Of a stretch of DNA of 30,377 nt, positions 8,526 to 17,245 are shown in pieces (the first letter of the stretch is position 1; each line of letters starts with the position of its first letter). Origin of the DNA: Promethearchaeota archaeon (GTDB lineage Archaea; Asgardarchaeota; Lokiarchaeia; Sigyniarchaeales; SOKP01). The notes under the pieces were generated by a model, which was not told the origin of the DNA, ran no database searches, and saw nothing but the letters and a program-made list of their open reading frames with translations. The stretch is from assembly GCA_048939015.1 (NCBI GenBank), contig JBHLPW010000056.1, forward strand, positions 1-30,377, read 5' to 3'. Position numbers and translations under genes: made by a program.

Positions 8526-11500
8526 ATGGATATTACTAAAAAGACTATATATCCCGAAAATTTAGAAAAAGGTAATTATGAATTTAATATTCTGCGAATT
8601 CTGGAAGAAAATGAATATTGCGTATGGCAGGATTTTCTAGATGAACGACTAAACATGTCTCCTACCACAGTATCAAAATATACAAGAAAATTAATAGAAA
8701 AAGGATATATCAAAAAAGAAAAAAGAAAATACAAGATAACTACAGATGGATTGAACAGAATAGCTGATTTAGAATCAATTGGAGAAGAAAAAAGTTTTCC
8801 ACCTGATGATCTTGAACTTCTACCTGAAGAAAAAATTATATGGATGGTTAATGTTAATCCTTATTGTCAATGGCGTGACTTTATGAACGAAAGATTAGAA
8901 ATGAATAGATCTACTCTTTCAAAAACTCTCGCTCGTTTAATTAGAAATGATTTGTTAGAAAAAAAGATTGATTCAGAAATATCTCATTATCCCATTTATG
9001 TGAAGAAAAGAGAAGCTGTGAGAAAATATAGGGCGATATTAAATTCCAAAAATTTAGATCCTAAAACAAGACAATTAGAAAAACTCAAAATGGTACGAGA
9101 AATTAGCCATGATAATAAACAACTTTTTGAAGAATTCGATATACATGAATTTGATATCAAACATAGATTCAATAAATATAAACTTATATTTGATTACTTA
9201 ACTTATAGACAGATATTTCGTGATAATGAAAAGCATTACAACCTAACTTTACTTTTTCTCGCAATCAATCATCCAGATAATTATCCAAATTACATTAGTT
9301 TAAAAGACTTTTGTACTAATTATGATATTAAAAAGACAGAATTAGATTATTATATAGGAGAATTATTAGAGCCAAGTTATTCCTCAATAAAACTATTTTC
9401 ATTAAATATTAACAATGAAAAATCTTACTTTTTTCATGAAAAGGGTAAATTAGCAAAAATTTTAAAAGCTCTAATACAAGATTATTTGGATAAAAAATTT
9501 CAAAAAACTATGGAAAAGGAGTGGAGGAAATATGATTATGATATAAAAATTCCTTTATCCTATGACGAATTATTAGAGATCGTTTCTATCATTATAGATA
9601 AACATGCATTTTTGAAACAAGAATTACGTTCTTCATTATTAGTATTCTTACCAAGCTTCATCAATTACTTAGAATATAAAATTGAACAGAAATATGAAAA
9701 ACTTTCAAAAAAGAAATCATCTATTTCAAGAGAGTTTGAAATAATTGAATATTTAAAAACATCTATGGACCTTACTGAAATTGAACACCCTAAATTAAAG
9801 GAAGAAAGAAAACTCGAAATTTCAGAAGAAATAGATTACATAGATAAAAAAACATTAGATTCGCTGGAAAAATCCAAAATTAAAATTAATTCATTAATTA
9901 AGGAAAACCATTATACAGAAGCTTTAAAAGAAATTAATGAAAGTTTGCCAATATTTGAAAAGGTTGATGAAGAAATTCAATTTTTCGAGCTTAATAAATT
10001 ATCCAAAATCAATATGGAATATTATGAGCTAAGGTTATTTTTTTATATTAATAAAATGAAGTGTTTAGTTAAATTGAGGAATTTTGATGATCTCTTAGAA
10101 AATGCTATAATAACATATGATCTTGATTCAATCTCAAACGTAGTCATAGATTTGATTGAAATTGAGCAATATAAAATTGCAAATGACATATATGATAAAG
10201 CATTTGATCCTTATAATAAACTAAGTGGCGATGACCGAAATGAAGCAATTGGCGAATTTTGGTGGGGTATTCATAGTTATTTTCATAATAAAATTGTTGA
10301 CGAATTTAGAAATAAAACCTATGAAAATGCGCTGACCATTATCAACAAATATTTGAATTTTAGTCCCAATGATGAAGAAATGGTCGAATTAAAAATTAAA
10401 GCCTATTTTTATTTAAAGGAATATGAGAAAGCAATAGAAATTACTGATAATGCTATTAAAAAGTGGCCAAAAAGACCAGAACATATTAAATGGAAATTAA
10501 CAGAAGAGGAAAAAGAGGAACCTATATGGGCATTAATGCTAGACAAAGAAAAAGATAAAGACAAGATCGAAAGTATTTCATACGGTTATAAATTCTGTCA
10601 CTTAAAAGCTCGGATTTTACTAAATATGAAGAAGTATGATGAATCATTAGAAATATTAGAAAAAATAATCAAAGCGAATCCAAATATATCAGAATCTTAC
10701 TATCTGAAGAGTTTAATTGAATATGAATTAAATCATAGTGAGCAAGCGTTAGAATTACTTAATTTCGCAATAGATATTGATCCAAATGAAGATTTATACT
10801 ATGGGGTCAAAGCTGATTTCCTGTTTAATTTTAACAAATATTCAGACGCTTTAGAGGTTATCAATAAATCAATTGAACTAAATTCTAGAAAACCAATTTA
10901 TTATAATATAAAAGCTAAAATCCTACTCTTTATGAATAAACCAAACAACGCTTTAAAAGTTATTGATCATGCAATTCAAGAATTTCCAGAATTCTCTGGG
11001 TTTTATAAAACAAAGAGTCTTATATTATCCAATCAGGAAAAATCATTAATAGCTCTTGAAAAAGCTGAAGAGTTAGGGGATAAAATTAGTTATTATAATA
11101 AAGCTCAAACATTATATAACCTTGGAAGAAGCGATGAGGCTTTAAAAGCAATAAATATAGAACTAAATAAAAATTTTGATGATCCAATTGGCTTTGAACT
11201 GAAAGCCGCCATCCTAGCTGAATTAGGAAGATTTGATGAAGCATTTAATGCATATGAAAAAATTAACGAAATTAATGCAGATTATGCAAAAATAACCAAC
11301 ATTAAGTCTCATATCTATAACAAGATGGCTTATTATTTTGCGGAAGAAGGTAATCAAGAAGAAGCCGTAAAAGCGATAAAGAACGCAATTGAAATTTCGC
11401 CCGATTCAGCAGATTATTACGATTCTTATGGTGAGATTTTAATGATTTTTAAAGATTTTAAAAACGCGGTAGAAAAGTTCGAAAAAGCTAAAAAACTTCA

Positions 11501-11735
11501 TTTCACCCCAATTGAGACATTCATTAAACTTGGAAAATGTTTATTTGAACTAGGTAAATATGAAGAAGCCTTAGAAAATTTGAGAATTGGTAGGAATCGA
11601 GCGGTACATACTGTTAAAAGAGTAATGTCAACTGAAGAGGATAAACGTTTTATTGTAGATTTTCCACAGACCGAACTGATTCAAGAAGCAGAGAAATATA
11701 TTTTAGAAATAAAAAAAATTCAGGATAAAAAATAG
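8526..11735 (+). CDS. Tandem winged-HTH (MarR/ArsR-like) plus C-terminal TPR-repeat protein
   Basis: Two similar N-terminal units (NEYCVWQDFLDERLNMSPTTVSKYTRKLIEKG and NPYCQWRDFMNERLEMNRSTLSKTLARLIRND). The C-terminal half has many ~34-aa TPR-like repeats (e.g. ALELLNFAIDIDPNEDLYYGVKA). Confidence 0.85.
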   Translation: MDITKKTIYPENLEKGNYEFNILRILEENEYCVWQDFLDERLNMSPTTVSKYTRKLIEKGYIKKEKRKYKITTDGLNRIADLESIGEEKSFPPDDLELLPEEKIIWMVNVNPYCQWRDFMNERLEMNRSTLSKTLARLIRNDLLEKKIDSEISHYPIYVKKREAVRKYRAILNSKNLDPKTRQLEKLKMVREISHDNKQLFEEFDIHEFDIKHRFNKYKLIFDYLTYRQIFRDNEKHYNLTLLFLAINHPDNYPNYISLKDFCTNYDIKKTELDYYIGELLEPSYSSIKLFSLNINNEKSYFFHEKGKLAKILKALIQDYLDKKFQKTMEKEWRKYDYDIKIPLSYDELLEIVSIIIDKHAFLKQELRSSLLVFLPSFINYLEYKIEQKYEKLSKKKSSISREFEIIEYLKTSMDLTEIEHPKLKEERKLEISEEIDYIDKKTLDSLEKSKIKINSLIKENHYTEALKEINESLPIFEKVDEEIQFFELNKLSKINMEYYELRLFFYINKMKCLVKLRNFDDLLENAIITYDLDSISNVVIDLIEIEQYKIANDIYDKAFDPYNKLSGDDRNEAIGEFWWGIHSYFHNKIVDEFRNKTYENALTIINKYLNFSPNDEEMVELKIKAYFYLKEYEKAIEITDNAIKKWPKRPEHIKWKLTEEEKEEPIWALMLDKEKDKDKIESISYGYKFCHLKARILLNMKKYDESLEILEKIIKANPNISESYYLKSLIEYELNHSEQALELLNFAIDIDPNEDLYYGVKADFLFNFNKYSDALEVINKSIELNSRKPIYYNIKAKILLFMNKPNNALKVIDHAIQEFPEFSGFYKTKSLILSNQEKSLIALEKAEELGDKISYYNKAQTLYNLGRSDEALKAINIELNKNFDDPIGFELKAAILAELGRFDEAFNAYEKINEINADYAKITNIKSHIYNKMAYYFAEEGNQEEAVKAIKNAIEISPDSADYYDSYGEILMIFKDFKNAVEKFEKAKKLHFTPIETFIKLGKCLFELGKYEEALENLRIGRNRAVHTVKRVMSTEEDKRFIVDFPQTELIQEAEKYILEIKKIQDKK

Positions 11736-11780
11736 TTTTACTTCAAATTCAACTTCAATTGGAAATTTTGAAATTGAATT

Positions 11781-12716
11781 TTATTTATTTGAGAAGTATG
11801 CATCTGAAATACTTTTTAACATGAGATCCATTTCAGAATTTACATTAATAATATCTCCAGAGTTTTTTAATTCATTTATATCTTTTAAATGATAATAGAA
11901 ATAAGGAATAAGAAGAACAGTTAAAGAAAGTATCGATACACTAATATTTGGAAAAAATTCTAAGATTGTAGGGCTATTAAAAAACAAGGGGATGAAAGTT
12001 GTTGTTATTGTTATAAAATAACCTACGATTTCTATAGTTTTTAATGTTGGTTTTAAATATTTCTCAAATCTCTCAATTCTTTGATTTAAACTAACTAACT
12101 CTTCACTTATTTCATTAAGAGATTTCTTTATTATGTAATGATTACTAAGAAAGACCAATTGTGGTTGAATTGATTTTAACCATTTTTTAAAAGGCATGCA
12201 CTTTCTTTTTATTCTATCAATTCTAATGTATGTCGTAAACATGATCGTTAAAACAGTCGTAATTGTTGAGCGAATTTGCCAGTAACCAGAGAATTCTGTT
12301 AAGTTTGGATTTAAGAAAATTAGAATAACTGTCAGAATAAAAAGAAGATATATGACTATTCTAACTATTTTGATAGAAATCATTCTATACCTCAAACGCT
12401 TATATTTTAAAAGTAGAATTTCATAGAAATCCATTTTTAAATTAATAAATAAAGTGATTTTTTTGAGAGTTGAGATAATATTCACCTTGCTAAGTGAATC
12501 TTTCGTTATAGATTTCATATTAAAATTAGCAAATACTTTATCTTCGTAAGTAAAACTCCATGTCATTAGCGGTAATATAATTAGACTTAATAAAATCCAA
12601 GGAGAGGAGAAATAAATTGAAGAAATGAACACGATTATTGTTAAAATAAGAAAAATGATTATCACCCATAATCCGCTGATTACTTTTTTATTTAACCAGA
12701 CATTAATTTGTTTCAA
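11781..12716 (-). CDS. Hypothetical multi-pass membrane protein (three TM hairpins plus a coiled coil)
   Basis: 311-aa ORF with a TTG start, paired hydrophobic helices and a LNEISEELVSLNQRIERFE coiled-coil-like segment. Confidence 0.6.
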   Translation of the reverse strand: MKQINVWLNKKVISGLWVIIIFLILTIIVFISSIYFSSPWILLSLIILPLMTWSFTYEDKVFANFNMKSITKDSLSKVNIISTLKKITLFINLKMDFYEILLLKYKRLRYRMISIKIVRIVIYLLFILTVILIFLNPNLTEFSGYWQIRSTITTVLTIMFTTYIRIDRIKRKCMPFKKWLKSIQPQLVFLSNHYIIKKSLNEISEELVSLNQRIERFEKYLKPTLKTIEIVGYFITITTTFIPLFFNSPTILEFFPNISVSILSLTVLLIPYFYYHLKDINELKNSGDIINVNSEMDLMLKSISDAYFSNK

Positions 12717-12832
12717 TCTAGCTTTAATCTTTTTTTCCTCCTTTGAATTTTCCTTAAAATTTACTTATTATTGTAAATATAACGATTTAAATTAGTAAAG
12801 AGTGAGACAAATTAATGGATTCATATAAATTT

Positions 12833-14806
12833 TTAATCCATAAAAGGATAATAATTAATTGTCTGTATTAAGTAATGTTCTCCAGTAGCACCATTAATGA
12901 CTAATCCTAACCGATTCTCTAATTGAGTAAGTATTTGCCGTTCGAAAGAATCTTCAGAAAAAAGAGCGTTATTGGGATAATCTTCTCTAAAAATAATCTT
13001 AATACTTGGTTGAGAAACCACATCATCAAACAAACGAGCGGGAGATTGGTCTGCTATAACGAATCCAACACCGCGACTTCGATACTCTTTCAGCAATTCT
13101 GAGAATATTTTTGCCATTTGCTCTTTCATGATAAAGTCCGCGTCATCGCTATTTGTCGTAATCGGCTTCTCTAAAATGGCATGAGCTTCATCAATGACAA
13201 TAAGATATTTTAAATCTTCCGCTTCACTATCTTTCGTAAGTGTTCTTAGGAGTTGAAAAATTACGTTTACAATGAGCATTTTCACAAATTTGCTACACAT
13301 AGATAAATCAAGAAATATATTTTCACCATTTAACCAACTATCGACCCATTCTGGCAGGTCTTCGTTTATTTTCAGCACTTTTTGAATTTTTTCCTCATCA
13401 AAAACATTCATTCGATTTCTGAACACTTGTAATAAATTAGCTTGTTCTTCTGGACCGTATGGATTATTCTTAATATAGGTTTCTACACCCTTAAGTAGAC
13501 CAATGAAGTACTCAGGTAATTCATTTTTTAATTCTAAAAAACCCACTTCAGTACGATAGATAATTTTTTCGAAGACATTTTTCAAGCCTAGTGACGCACA
13601 TATATAAGTAGCAGTCTCTTCTAATCGCTTCTTTAAGGTTTCTCTTTTGGTTTTAGTGAAGTATGGAATTTGAAAATCCATATCAGAATATTTTATTTTC
13701 TTGAAATTACGATGAAAAATCTCTTGAGACTCTTTCGCAACATTTAGTACTAAAATCCCTGCTTTTTTTGATTTTTGAGCAAGTTCTTGGATGAACCGAG
13801 TAAGAAAGTATGTTTTCCCGCTTCCAGATTTTCCAAATATAGCCATATCTTGAGGAAGTTTATTGATTGGAACAAAAGTCTCATGTTTAGTTATCACCCC
13901 ATTTTTGATATGATAACCAACTGTGATCGCTTTTTTCTTAAATTTATTATGAATATCAATATATCTAACATTCTCATTTTTCAAAATCGGAAGTCGAGGC
14001 AAAGGGAGATCTTCTGGAAAATCGAAATTCACATCCTCCTGCACAAAATTTCTCAAAGACTCACTCCCATCATTAAATACACTCCCTTCCAATATATCTA
14101 AATTTGACACTCCTGAGGGATTAATAACTTTCGCACGATACCCCATTTCATTCTCAATTTCCATAGATAAAAACTGAATTTCTCCTTCAAGCTTAGCTTT
14201 CTCTTCCACATTAGAGTTATCCAAATCTGATTTAATAAAGACTCTGATATTAAATAACTTCGATTGCTCTTGAGACATCTCCGAACGAGGTTCTCTCTGC
14301 CATAAAATAATTAATTGGGTCGTGTGGGCTGTTTTATGGTAAAACGCGCTAATATATCGCTCAATAATATTAATTTTGTTTTTAATATACCCCATTGGTA
14401 AGACAATCTCAAACAATTGGTCTTTATTCAATATTTCTTGACTATTCTCTTCAATTGGCTTCGCTTCAATGACTCCATCCAATCCAACGAATTTAAACCT
14501 TAGATTTGAAAGCCAAGCATGACCTGATCTAAGAGCATCTATTTTTGATGCTTCTGTTGTGAAAAAGACAACCTCAATATTATCATTCGCCGTTAATTCA
14601 AGACCATATACCCCAGGAGGATTGTTTCCAAATGGATCATAAAGGAAAGATCTAATATCCTCATGCTTCTGATAAAAAGGTACTGCTGACTCAGGTACCT
14701 CTTGAGGTTCGAATAACTCTGGTGCTTGGGTTATATGAATACGAGTCTGCCAAAATAAGATACCATGGTTATCTTCCACTTTATCCCCCTTCACTATACC
14801 CTTCAT
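12833..14806 (-). CDS. HerA/VirB4-like P-loop ATPase with an uncharacterised N-terminal domain (probable true start GTG 14779)
   Basis: DMAIFGKSGSGKT (Walker A), LIVIDEAH (Walker B), EYRSRGVGFVIADQSP. The GTG at 14779 sits 1 nt after the upstream stop and is preceded by GGGGGA. Confidence 0.85.
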   Translation of the reverse strand: MKGIVKGDKVEDNHGILFWQTRIHITQAPELFEPQEVPESAVPFYQKHEDIRSFLYDPFGNNPPGVYGLELTANDNIEVVFFTTEASKIDALRSGHAWLSNLRFKFVGLDGVIEAKPIEENSQEILNKDQLFEIVLPMGYIKNKINIIERYISAFYHKTAHTTQLIILWQREPRSEMSQEQSKLFNIRVFIKSDLDNSNVEEKAKLEGEIQFLSMEIENEMGYRAKVINPSGVSNLDILEGSVFNDGSESLRNFVQEDVNFDFPEDLPLPRLPILKNENVRYIDIHNKFKKKAITVGYHIKNGVITKHETFVPINKLPQDMAIFGKSGSGKTYFLTRFIQELAQKSKKAGILVLNVAKESQEIFHRNFKKIKYSDMDFQIPYFTKTKRETLKKRLEETATYICASLGLKNVFEKIIYRTEVGFLELKNELPEYFIGLLKGVETYIKNNPYGPEEQANLLQVFRNRMNVFDEEKIQKVLKINEDLPEWVDSWLNGENIFLDLSMCSKFVKMLIVNVIFQLLRTLTKDSEAEDLKYLIVIDEAHAILEKPITTNSDDADFIMKEQMAKIFSELLKEYRSRGVGFVIADQSPARLFDDVVSQPSIKIIFREDYPNNALFSEDSFERQILTQLENRLGLVINGATGEHYLIQTINYYPFMD

Positions 14807-14990
14807 CTACATAGTCATAATCCTTCCCTTCCTCACTCGAAGGCTCATCAATTCCGTCGAAATCCCTTCCATCACTTCCAGGTTCCTCGCCTAATCCTTC
14901 AAACTCCTCATGTCCTCCTTCTGAAGGCTCATCGATTCCTTGGTAGTCATTTGATTCTTCCCCAGAACATTTGTCAATACCATCATAATC
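14781..14990 (-). repeat. Five 14-aa acidic C-terminal repeats (consensus D[YF]xGIDE)
   Basis: DYDGIDKCSGEESN / DYQGIDEPSEGGHE / EFEGLGEEPGSDGR / DFDGIDEPSSEEGK / DYDYVDEGYSEGG*. Confidence 0.8.
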
Positions 14991-16832
14991 CTTTGCTTGT
15001 TTCGCAACATTTTTTGGATCGTATACACTTCGATATTCTGGTTCATTAAGATGCCACTCATCGACCAACACTCTTCCCCCTTCTGTTTTATCTTTCGGAG
15101 TTTTTTGTGGAGCATCTCCGGGGATCAATGTTTTGACTTCTCCTGGAGTATGTTCAGGTGCTAACCCGCTAGTTTCAAATGAGTGGTTATTTATATTTGC
15201 TTCAGAGGGAACATCCTCTTGTTTTTCAAGAGGCTCTTGACCCTCCCCTGTTAATGATTCCTCTTGAATCTCATCAGACTCTTCTTCTGTCGATAATGCA
15301 GGGTTTTCTTCTGATATATCCTTCCCTTCTTCCTGTGCTGACTCCTTCTCATTTTCTTCAGAAGATTTTTTCTTCTCTTCTTCCTCTTCATGCTCTTGTA
15401 TAGGGTGTTTTTCAGGGCCTTCAGGTTTTGTATCTGATGTTTGCTTCTCATCCTGCTTTTCAGCATTCCGTTCGTCAATATCTCTTGCAACATCATCAAG
15501 GTTCTTATCCTTGAGATACTCCTTTGCTTCCGTATAATTTTTAACTCCATACTCGCCTAACATCTCCTTAATTTTATTATTTATTATCTTCGCATCCATC
15601 CCATATTTATGATCAATTTCATTCTTTTGTAAATTTTGGATATCTTCTAAAAATTCTCGCTTATCTTGAATTTCTGATTTACCCTCATATTTCTCGGTTT
15701 GATTACTCAACCTCTCATTTATGTCCTTTACCACATCGTCAAGATTTTTTTCCTTTAGATATTCTTTTGCTTCTGTATAATTCTTAACACCATGTTCTCC
15801 AAACATTTCACGTATTCTTTTATTTACTGTAGTTCTATTCATACCATATTTTTGTGCAAGCTCTTTATTGGACAGATTTTGAATATCTTTAAGAAATTCT
15901 TGTTTATTATCGATCTCCTTTTTCACTCCAGATTTGTCAGGTTGATTGCGCATCCTCTCATTGATATCCTTAAGAACCTCATCAAGGTTTTTGCCTTCAA
16001 GATATTTCTTAGCTTGGGAAAAATTATTTACTCCTCGATGCCCCAGCATTTCTTTAATTCTTCTATTCATACATTTCCCATCTATATCATGTTTTTCGTT
16101 TAAATCCTTTTTTTTCATCTCTTGGATATCATTGAGAAATTCTCTTTTATCGGTGATTTCTCTCCTTCCGTTTGCCCGTGAATTGAACTGCCTTTTGCGA
16201 TATTTATATTCTTGCCATTTATTTGTTACCCCTTTACTTACATTATCTTGATATTTTTGATCTTTCCATTTATCTGATAATGATTGACTCATTTTGTCTA
16301 GAGTTTCTGGATTTCTTGCTATCTCTTGATTTACTTCAGTCATCTTATTAAGCCATTCTGGATCTTTAGCTCTCGCTTGTCTTTCTTTAATCTGCTTTTC
16401 TTGATATTCAAGATCATATTGCCATTTTTCTAATCCTCTTTCACTTAAGTATTCTTTTAACCTCTCGCTTAATCTACCTCCTCGACCCCCCTCTCTCATA
16501 TTATATCCTTTATCTGGATTCATTGTATCATATTTAATTATATTATCATCTTCTTTTCTATCCAATTCCTCTTGATTCTTCGCGACATCTTCCGTTTTTA
16601 ATTTAAAGTTCTCTTCTCCGTGCTTAATAACAGCATTTTCTATATAACGACGTTTTTCTCCTCTTTTTTGTTTGGCAAAACCCTCTTGAATCTCTTCTTT
16701 CCAACGTTCTTCTATAGGAATCTTATCATCTGCCCAACGACTTGAAACCGTCTGTCCTATATAATTCTTTCCATTTTTTATATTGGTAGCTCGATAAATA
16801 TAACCATAGGGCTTTTCTTGATTTTTAACCAT
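14781..16832 (-). CDS. GIY-YIG endonuclease with 17-aa helical repeats, three 81-aa HTH-like repeats and an acidic repetitive tail
   Basis: YGYIYRATNIKNGKNYIGQT...EERW...LDRKE...GYNMREGG forms a GIY-YIG module. The repeats are visible in both protein and DNA. Confidence 0.85.
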   Translation of the reverse strand: MVKNQEKPYGYIYRATNIKNGKNYIGQTVSSRWADDKIPIEERWKEEIQEGFAKQKRGEKRRYIENAVIKHGEENFKLKTEDVAKNQEELDRKEDDNIIKYDTMNPDKGYNMREGGRGGRLSERLKEYLSERGLEKWQYDLEYQEKQIKERQARAKDPEWLNKMTEVNQEIARNPETLDKMSQSLSDKWKDQKYQDNVSKGVTNKWQEYKYRKRQFNSRANGRREITDKREFLNDIQEMKKKDLNEKHDIDGKCMNRRIKEMLGHRGVNNFSQAKKYLEGKNLDEVLKDINERMRNQPDKSGVKKEIDNKQEFLKDIQNLSNKELAQKYGMNRTTVNKRIREMFGEHGVKNYTEAKEYLKEKNLDDVVKDINERLSNQTEKYEGKSEIQDKREFLEDIQNLQKNEIDHKYGMDAKIINNKIKEMLGEYGVKNYTEAKEYLKDKNLDDVARDIDERNAEKQDEKQTSDTKPEGPEKHPIQEHEEEEEKKKSSEENEKESAQEEGKDISEENPALSTEEESDEIQEESLTGEGQEPLEKQEDVPSEANINNHSFETSGLAPEHTPGEVKTLIPGDAPQKTPKDKTEGGRVLVDEWHLNEPEYRSVYDPKNVAKQAKDYDGIDKCSGEESNDYQGIDEPSEGGHEEFEGLGEEPGSDGRDFDGIDEPSSEEGKDYDYVDEGYSEGG
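15468..16160 (-). repeat. Three tandem 243-bp (81-aa) coding repeats
   Basis: Units start at 16160 (EITDKREFL), 15917 (EIDNKQEFL) and 15674 (EIQDKREFL), an exact 243-nt period. Shared motifs include GVKNYTEAKEYL and KNLDDV. Confidence 0.9.
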
Positions 16833-17036
16833 TTTTGAATATCAATTTTTAAGATAGGTTTAGATACAAGTATTTAAACTTCAATTGTGAGGAAGAAACT
16901 CCAAAATAGCACTAATGAAAGAAATTTTTGTTTAAATAGTCACATCCATAAAATTAATAAGAAATTAGAAAATAGGAGTTGATGTAAAATTTCAGAAAAT
17001 CATATAAAAGATAGAAAAAAAGTAAACCCACCATAT

Positions 17037-17213
17037 ATGAGTATAGAGGAAATAATTAAATTACTGGCTGATATTAGAGTTGATTTGAACGAATTAAAGA
17101 AATCCGTCACATCGAAAGAAATTAAAGAACAACTTAAGTGGGCACTTAACGGAATAGATATTATTGGCTGTGAATTAACCCAAAATATAGCTAAAAAATT
17201 AAAAGAAAAATAG
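17037..17213 (+). CDS. Small hypothetical helical protein (58 aa)
   Basis: ATG 17037 to TAG 17213 encodes MSIEEIIKLLADIRVDLNELKKSVTSKEIKEQLKWALNGIDIIGCELTQNIAKKLKEK, with an amphipathic pattern. Below the ORF-track length cutoff. Confidence 0.45.
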   Translation: MSIEEIIKLLADIRVDLNELKKSVTSKEIKEQLKWALNGIDIIGCELTQNIAKKLKEK

Positions 17214-17245
17214 AAAGAAAAAATAAATTAAGTAAATATTTAGAT

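Noticed and set aside
14781-16832. Intron- or intein-encoded homing endonuclease
   Set aside because: No interrupted host gene or intein splice motifs. The ORF is free-standing with its own upstream TTTAAATA box and is coupled to an ATPase.
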